Source: Epiperipatus broadwayi
Lineage: Eukaryota > Animalia > Onychophora
Reading direction: 5' to 3'
Assembly: GCA_028023455.1 (NCBI GenBank)
Contig: JAQFVV010000001.1
Span: forward strand, 558,001-622,000
Length of the DNA stretch: 64,000 nt
In this document: positions 55,611 to 64,000 of the stretch, piece by piece
How the letters are laid out: every line of letters begins with the position of its first letter
How positions within the stretch are numbered: position 1 is the first letter of the stretch
Translations under genes and position numbers: made by a program
The notes under the pieces: generated by a model
What the model was told of the DNA's origin: nothing
What the model saw: only the letters and a program-made list of their open reading frames with translations
Database searches by the model: none

Positions 55611-55850
55611 ACAATTGTATAAAGTAGGTTTGATTATTATAAAATTTCCCTCATTGTTTTAATTATATGACTTCTTGTATTATTTAAAATTGAGATTTAT
55701 AGTGTTTGCTTATGACAACTAGGCTGCTTTGTATAATGGATTACAATTGCATAAAATAGGTTTGATTGTTGTAAACTTTTCCTCACAGTTTTAATTTGAA
55801 CACCTTCTTGAATTATTTAAAATTAAGATTTATATTGTTTGTTAATCACA
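55611..55850. repeat. Diverged tandem duplication, ~132-bp unit
   Basis: acaattg(t/c)ataaa.taggtttgatt at 55611 and 55743. Confidence 0.7.
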
Positions 55851-56060
55851 GATTATTTTGAAACTGCTTATAAGTGACGCAAGTAATGATTCAAGATTTA
55901 TGAAAAATATCTAATAAAAAATAGCTACAAAGCTAAAATCATTACTAGTTAATACAAACAAATGAAGCATGCCCATAAGAAATATTACTCAAATATAACT
56001 CAATATATATATGTAAATAATTTAATGTTTACATATTAAATTTTATTTAATTATTATAAT

Positions 56061-57450
56061 AATTGAAAGTTTGCTAATCTTTCACATGTGCTAAGAAAGC
56101 CAATCAGATTTTTTTTTTTAAACAGCTGTCTTAAGAATGATCAGGCTTCGACACACGACAGAGATTTTGACAAGAAAAGGATGATACCACCTTTTCTCAA
56201 CTTAACTTTTTAAATATATAAGCCAGTCTTAAGCATCTTGGTCTGAAAGCTTGAATATATAAACATATACACTTATCATTCATTGTGTTATTAATTTAAG
56301 ATATTACGGAGCGAAATCTTAAGATTTACTAAACCGCAATTTTCTAGATGTTAATATAATTTATCAGCAACGTATGTAAATAATATTTGTCTAAATCGCA
56401 TGTTGTTAATAAATTGGAAATAATAATTGAAAGTTTGCTAATCCTTCACATGCGCTAAGACAGCCAATCAGATTTTTTTTTTTAAACAGCTGTCTTAAGA
56501 ATGATCAGGCTTCGACACATGACAGAGATTTTGACAAGAAAAGGATGATATGACCTTTTTTCAACATAACCTTTTAAATATATAAGCCAGTCTTAAGCAT
56601 CTTGGCCTGAAAGCTTGAATATATAAACATATACACTTATCATTCATTGTGTTATTAATTTAAGATATTACGGAGCAAAATCTTAGATTTACTAAACCAC
56701 AATTTTCTAGATGTTAATATAATTTATCAGCAACATATGTAAATAATATTTGTCTAAATCGCATGTTGTTAATAAATTGGAAATAATAATTGAAAGTTTT
56801 CTAATCTTTCACATGCGCTAAGACAGACAATCAGATTTTTTTTTTAAACAGCTGTCTTAAGAATGATCAGGCTTCGACACACAACAGAGATTTTGACAAG
56901 AAAAGGATGATACCACCTTTTCTCAACATAACCTTTTAAATATATAAGCCAGTCTTAAGCATCTTGGCTTGAAAGCTTGAATATATAAACATATACACTT
57001 ATCATTCATTGTGTTATTAATTTAAGATATTACGGAGCAAAATCTTAGATTTACTAATTTTCTAGATGTTAATATAATTTATCAGCAACGTATGTAAATA
57101 ATATTTGTCTAAATCGCATGTTGTTAATAAATTAGAAATAATAATTGAAAGTTTGCTAATCTTTCACATGCGCTAAGACAGCCAATCAGATTTTTTTTTT
57201 TTTTTAAACAGCTGTCTTAAAAATGATCAGGCTTAAGACTGGCTTATATATTTAAAAAGTTAAGTTGAGAAAAGGTGGTATCATCCTTTTCTTGTCAAAA
57301 TCTCTGTTGTGTGTCGAAGCCTGATCATTCTTAAGACAGCTGTTTAAAAAAAAAAAAAATGTGATTGGCTGTATTAGCACATGTGAAAGATTAGCAAACT
57401 TTCAATTATTATTTCCAATTTATTAACAACATGTGATTTAGACAAATATT
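56061..57450. repeat. Tandem array of ~363-bp monomers (about 3.3 copies) ending in a ~220-bp inverted copy, flanked by 18-bp direct repeats
   Basis: Unit starts at 56061, 56425, 56788 and 57143. Inversion at 57231 through 4-nt microhomology gctt. ttatttaattattataat at 56043-56060 and 57449-57466. Confidence 0.9.
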
Positions 57451-58519
57451 ATTTAATTATTATAATGAAAATATTAAGCGAGATTCTGCCTCCAGCCTTG
57501 TATGATTGGTTAGTAGTTTAATAACTATCGAATGCCATATTCCAGCTAATTAATGTATTAATTTCACTCTAAATTATAAACAAAAAGATATGCTTATAAA
57601 TATCAGAGCTCCAAGAATAAATGGATTCATTCTGTTTTTAGTCCTTTGTTCAATATTTAGTACTTTTAATTTGTAGCCTGAGGGCAGTTGATTTACTTTA
57701 TACATATACACACACATATTTCACTTTTTGAGTCAATACTGACAATGTGGAAATTGAAAAAATTCACAAATATTAATTAAAATAATAAAAAATCAATTAA
57801 AAATAATAATTTTAAAAGTAATATGATTGATTTATAAATTCATGCTTTCTTTCCAAGGTGCTTAAAGTAAGCCTCTATATAAAAAAATGAGATGTGGAGA
57901 GAAAATGGCTCTTTCTTTTCTCTAAAAAAAATTTGTTTTGAGATTTGGAGTGAGAGTATTTCATTTACTTAATAAATTAACAGTTTGAATGATGTGTTAC
58001 ACATATATTCGTAATATGTGTTGGAACAGAAGTTTGAAAAATATTTAAATACATATTATATAAAGTTACGCTTAAGTATCTCTAAAACAAAAAAATGTGT
58101 ATGTGAAGTTAAATTATAACTGTGTTATATGGATCACTTGAAAAAGTATTAGTTTCTAACATCTCTATAGTTTGAGAAGTTGATCTGACTTCTGGGCTGA
58201 TGGATAGTTGTGGTAAGAATGATCTAAGGTGAAAAATGAACTGAAATAAAAATATAATTTGATAATATATATATAATATTTTTCAAAATATTCAAACGTA
58301 TGGATTATATCCCAACTATAATCTCAAAATAATTTTATAACAAACTATTTATAAAAATTACCAATCTAAAGAAATGGATAAAAAAATTTCAACTAAAAAA
58401 CATTAATTTAACAATAATGAAATATAAACATTTAATTTAAATATACAAAATCTAACAATTTTTATTCTATTGTAAAGATAAAAAATTAGTTTAAATATTA
58501 TTTGATCATAAAATCTCAC

Positions 58520-58608
58520 CTGGCTTGCGTATCATTTTTCACTGCTTGGTGTATTAAAGCAGTAATTTCATTTACTTTAGTTCCGGCAAGACCAACACAT
58601 TTGACCAT
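58520..58608 (-). CDS. Probable upstream exon of the same gene: MVKCVGLAGTKVNEITALIHQAVKNDTQA(R)
   Basis: Acceptor tttttttgattag, strong donor CAG|gtgaga, 89 nt, ends in phase 2, matching the micro-exon at 34531. Confidence 0.7.
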
Positions 58609-60941
58609 CTAATCAAAAAAAAATATTTAAAAAAGTCAATACTTACAAACTAAGGATTTATGTAAAAGTGTAATCAAGAAATAAAAATTATTCTGATTAA
58701 TACTCTAATTTTGCCTTTTTTCTTTTAATAAAAATTATTTTCATGTATAATAACAAATCTTTACATCATTTATAAATCTTGTTAAATAAACCATATAATA
58801 TAATTTTTTTAAAAAAAAATCTGTAAATAGTAAATTTATCAAGTATTAAATGCAAAATATTAAAACAGCAGTACCAAACTTTACACACACCAACTTTTAT
58901 CTTATATTTCTCAATTATTAAAATCATATGTAATGGATATTTAAAAAGTAGGAGAAGACAAGAATTTTTAGGCAGTTGATTTTTTTATTCTTCAAATACA
59001 TTATCAATAACCTATTCCATCTTCAGTGATGAATAAATCTCTAGAAGCCAATTATGATTTCATTAAAAAAAAATCACTATCCCATGATTTTCTATAGATT
59101 ACACTTCATTACATATTTATATGATTACTTTATTTAGTCAATTGTTTTTTGAGCTAACGTCAGTAAAGCTTAATTTCTCCTCAAATTTATTTATTTAATT
59201 TATTTGTCAGACCAACAGTTATGTTTCTACATTATTGTTAATTTCTAGATTACCAAACAACTTTTGACTTGTTTGCATTTTTATATTTTAAAAACAAAAG
59301 TTAATGTCATACAGAAGATTAAGAGCAAATCCTAATGCATTCAAAGATGTATGTTAAACCATTTTTTTTTTAAAAAAAAAAAAACTTCATTACATTTGTT
59401 AATAATTATCAGGAAAATTTTTTTCTCCAACAATCACTTTCAACTTTTGAGTTTTCTATAACATTTATAACACATATTAAAATTTATGATAGTAAAAACT
59501 AAGTATAAAAATAGGCAACTTTTTTCTAAGCATGATTGTGATGCAGTAACTTGAATGCTTCAATCTTGTTAAATTAAAAATAATTTATATAATAAAATCC
59601 ATAGTACTAGAATATCTCTCAACAGTTCTATATCAATATAATAAATTGATCCTTATTTTTTTACTCATTAAAAATATTGAACTAAAACTGGTCTTACAAT
59701 GAACTAATTTCTTAGAACTTATTTACAATGCACTCTTTGCATTGATCGTTTTCTTAATAAAACATGTAAATGAATAAAAAGCATTTACAAACATATTCAT
59801 ATAATAAATAAATCATTGAAATATGAGATACATTCTCTCCAAAAAGTTATCAATAGACAATATTTATTTTTAGTATAAAATCAAAATTATCAAATCTTTT
59901 GTAATTTGTTTGTTTAATAAGGATTAGATTTTATAGTCACATGATGAAATATCTTTCATAATTAGGTTTCTTAGCTATACAATATCTATATATAAATTCA
60001 CTAAAAAATCATTAATTATAATATAAACTCTATATCAATAACAATTTCTTGATCATATTTTTTTAGAAAATTTTAATCTTAAAATCATTTGAGAATACTT
60101 TAACTATTAAATGAATTATATGATTAGTTTAATCAAAAGAACATGTGTTGTTTAAGAATTAAAGTGAAAGACTTAGCTGTTCCTTTGATAAATTTAAGAT
60201 TGATTTACTTTTTATCTGACAGAAACAATCCAGGAACTTTGGAATTCACCATTATCACCACAAAACTAAATTGTTCATTAAAAAAAAAAAAAAATTGTAT
60301 AAATAACCTCTCTTATGAGCACCAAAGAGACAGACGGAGTATGATGATTTTTTTAATTTGCATAATTGAAAATTAATATAGAAATCTTTGACTCCATAGA
60401 GATAATTAATCTATATGTTAAAAAATTAAAAAAAATAAAAATGATTATTTAAACTGCTATCACTTGATTTAATGGCAATATTTACAATCTTTGCCAAAAT
60501 CAAAAATTACTAGCAAAATTTTTAAAATCTTTTCTAAAAAAAAAGTTATTTAAAAATGGAAAAAAAAAATATTAAAAACCAATAACTTATGCCTTGCATC
60601 CAGGATCAATGTGCTTCTTATCAATTTAGCTTTATATTGTTTTCAAAATATGTTTTAAATTTCATCAATAAGTACTTAAATAATTTATAGTTATATTTAA
60701 ACAATATGCTACTTTCCATTAACATTGTATTTTATTCAATATTTAATAAACAATCTCCTTTTTATAGCTATTTTTGTAATGTTAAAATTTTATTAAATAA
60801 TATCTATATTTTGATTGCTTAACGAATCACTTTCAAAGATTTAAACAGAAAAATTAATTATATATTGTGTGACTTTCAGAATGTAACCTAATTTTACATT
60901 CCATATAAATCCAAATCTATTATATCTACATATATATATAT

Positions 60942-61834
60942 TGTAACGAGATAAGGGTGATAGGGTTGTAAAATGAATGAACCTAGAGTGATGGAATAAT
61001 CATCATCAACCCCAAGTAAATACAAAATGAAATATCAATAACTTATAATTTACAAAAGTATATATAAGTATATTTAAAGATATAAGAGTATGAGATCAAG
61101 AGAATCTCCAAGAGATTATTGAGAGATCAGCAGATCAACCAGCATTATAAAGTAAAAGCAGTTATAAGTAATATTGAAAACAAACCATTCATCATTATGA
61201 ATGATCAACAATTAAAATAAATCAGTACAATAAATCAACAGTCAATCTTGTGACTGAATTGGAAATGGGTCTTTTGTAGACCAGGCTAACTATTGAGCCT
61301 TTGCCAGCTTGGGGCAATGGTTTAACCATTAATGTGGAGGCACAAACTAAGTGTGAATCCATCAGAATACATAACCAGAAAAATTTAAACAATAATGCTG
61401 GAATATTAAAACATGCTGATTATCATCAATGCTCAGGCCACTTGTACTGGCTAACTATAAACTTAACTTCTAATAAGACTAAACTAAAATTAAAGGTAGT
61501 GCATGGGCCCAGGATGATGATTGATCATCTCTGAATGCTCAAAAGCACTAAATATTCATCCTGTGCTCGAATCTAGCTCAGAGAACATAAGCTCTATTAC
61601 TGTTATGTGACCAAGAAATGATGATTTAATACAAATTTTAACAATTGAATACAAGTTTATTAACAACAATAAAAAAATTGAAATTAAGGTCAATAAAAAT
61701 AAGATTATACACATATAAGCTTTCTGATTTTGACTACAATACAAAATTTCAAATTGTTGATGTGTGATTTCTAATATACAATTAATATATTTCAATTGAT
61801 ATTCAATAATGACAAAAATGATTTAAATTTTACA
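60942..61834 (-). mobile_element. Possible solo LTR
   Basis: TGTAAC...TTTACA termini, tatat on both sides (low complexity), raised GC, no coding frame. Confidence 0.35.
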
Positions 61835-64000
61835 TATATATATCCTATTTTAATTTGTTACAATAATATCCTATTTTTATAATGAATTTCTTTGGAAAAT
61901 ATGCATAAATTTCAAACATATACATGTGTATAAACAAAATATAGATATAATAAATTAAAATTAGTTTCAGTTTATAAGTTCTTTTTTTTTTCTTAAAAAA
62001 AATATAGTCAATTTTTGACAAGTACTTGTTGATTAATTATCAGCGTTTTTAGATTTAAATTATAGAATTATCGATTCTTTACTTTTTAAAAAAATTTTTT
62101 TAAATCCAGACAAAATTATTTGCTTGTATGCTTCACTTTTAAAATGTCTCTCTTATCTTTTTAATAAACGAAAGATAAAATCGTTTTATAGAATTAAAAA
62201 AAATATAAATTTCAAAATGTCTTTCTGCTTGATTAGTTAGTGCTGATGACGTAGGCAAGGTGAGATAGGAAAAGTGAACTGCAGCTCCCAATGCCATGAT
62301 AAGTAGACAGCCAAGCATGAACTACCCGTACACAATGCCCCATGATGTCATGAAAAAAATACCTCATCTTTAAGCACTATCTCTCTTGTACCTAGAGAGA
62401 TCATCCATAATGAGTAGTGGCTAGAAAATATATTTGGCACTGAGCCAGCCCTGCTCATCTCTTGTGAGTCTTAGGGGCTTATCCATGTGGCCTATTCATG
62501 GGACCTATAAACACTGCTGAACTACTCTAGGAGCTCAATCATCTAGGTCTGGATAGTGCTACTTCAGAGCATCATGAACATACTGTATCCAGGTAGCCCT
62601 GCCCAACTATACACTCACCATAAACATGAAAAGTACAAATTCTCGCATCACTTCCAAAATCTCATTTTATTAAAGAAATTATTTAAAATTTCATTATCAT
62701 ATATAACTCTACTCACCACCAACTGTATATACATTTATTTGTGCTTCTCTGCCTTTAGATACATCAGCATATATATAATTACTTCTTCATCAAGCTGGGG
62801 TTCCCTGGACAAGCTGGAAGATTTTTCTGGTAAGTTTGCTGAGTTCTCATCAGTATAATCCAGGTAGGGTTGTTCTGCAGTTGGTTCCACTTAGTCTAGG
62901 ATTTGGTAATCTATAGGTCAGCAAGCTATTTTGTCCTCATTTGTTCAGGCTATTGATTCGGAAGTGACTCAGCTTCAAGTAAATTAAAAACTCCTGTGAA
63001 GGAAAATAGTAGCAGCTCCTGGATCTACTGTCCTGCCTTCAATTATTTCAGTTCCTGGTAGCTATTCTGCCAATTCTCTGATACAGCCAACAACAAACAG
63101 CAGCTATCCATTTTGGCCAGATAAAAAACAACTGTTGCAAACTTCAAGAAGCTGCAACAAAATATGATAACCGACTTTGCAGCTGACCAGCTCTTACAAA
63201 AACTACTATCCAGACTGCAGCTGATATTTTTATCAGCCCTTTTATAGATAGAAATGTTGTTTACTTAATTAAAAAATTTCAAAAATACCATACTTGTTTT
63301 TAAATTTCAAAATCAGAATAATAATAACAATACAATATTTATATTTATTCAGATCTTTTAAAAGTTTAATTTATAAACTAAATCAGAGTTATTATTTATT
63401 TTTTTATTTTATTTCAATGAATGTAGAAGATATCTACTACAATTTTTGTCTGTTTATTTCTACTTTTCCTTTCAACTATATATATATGCACACACATTAT
63501 ATTATTGTGTGCTATGTAACCCAACTGGTTAACATTGCCCCAGTTGAGGAAAAAGGAAAATAAAAATGAAACACCTGTTTAACAATATTTTACATAATTT
63601 ACATGTATAATCAAAACGAAGTTCATACCTAAAACTATGTACTCATCAATTTTTTTTAGAGATCTGACACACATCTGACAATACCCAGAATGAATAGTGA
63701 TCTGCAATTTTGAGATGGATAAAGAATTCAGCCATTGGATTGTAATTACACAATGCACCACGAACATCAAGAGTGCTACCTCAAATGAGACACTATAAGC
63801 TACTACAACCCTTATAAGGAAAATGCAAAAACCTTTTTGCAAAGCCCTCTCCTATGGAAAGGCTGGAAAATACAAAACTATGCCCTGCTTCTTTTGAGTC
63901 TTATGGGCTGAAAAATATAAACTATGCCTTGCTCCTTTTCTTTGGAGAGTTAGAGGCTGGAATATTGGCAGGACTACATTAACTGCTCTATGACAAACAA

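Noticed and set aside
56061-57450. CRISPR array or classical hammerhead retrozyme
   Set aside because: There are no unique spacers and no cas genes, and the context is eukaryotic. No CTGANGA...GAAA core with paired stems was found on either strand (nearest ctgataa...gaaa lacks stem II).
1136-59950. Recurrent (G/A)TCAC(A/G)TGA(C/T) E-box-like motifs as a regulatory array
   Set aside because: Scattered, and several lie inside repeat copies; no clustering.
60214-60290. Further upstream exon (FVVIMVNSKVPGLFLSDKK|gtaaat)
   Set aside because: Phase-compatible with the 58608 exon, but weak acceptor and no independent support.
62243-62280. Hammerhead from CTGATGA...GAAA
   Set aside because: Stem II and stem I do not pair.
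18124-63563. Remaining 60-100 aa ORFs rich in F/I/L/K/Y
   Set aside because: Expected by chance in very AT-rich sequence; no motifs or splice support.

Overview
A very AT-rich, CpG-depleted eukaryotic window, most likely from an invertebrate animal; there are no operons, rRNA or CRISPR. One spliced protein-coding gene can be assembled by hand on the minus strand. Four exons at 34501-34531, 31291-31432, 27010-27100 and 24173-24278 chain in phase, and a probable upstream exon lies at 58520-58608. It encodes an acidic, Lys-tailed protein I do not recognise. The rest is mobile-element debris: a gag-only LTR retroelement with 2.3-kb LTRs and a tRNA-Lys-type PBS, a nested TA-flanked MITE, two hAT relics, a 5'-truncated RTE LINE with an 11-bp TSD, older LINE relics and a tRNA-derived SINE. 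The most interesting signal is a set of short non-coding inserts that fold back on themselves. Several carry minimal type I hammerhead-ribozyme motifs (CTGA-N-GA...GAAA-C-NN-G-TC). One is a ~380-bp terminally redundant monomer, and another is a ~363-bp tandem array ending in an inversion between 18-bp direct repeats. Together they suggest Penelope-like or retrozyme-type small RNA retroelements. All alignments, folds and translations were done by eye and need computational confirmation.
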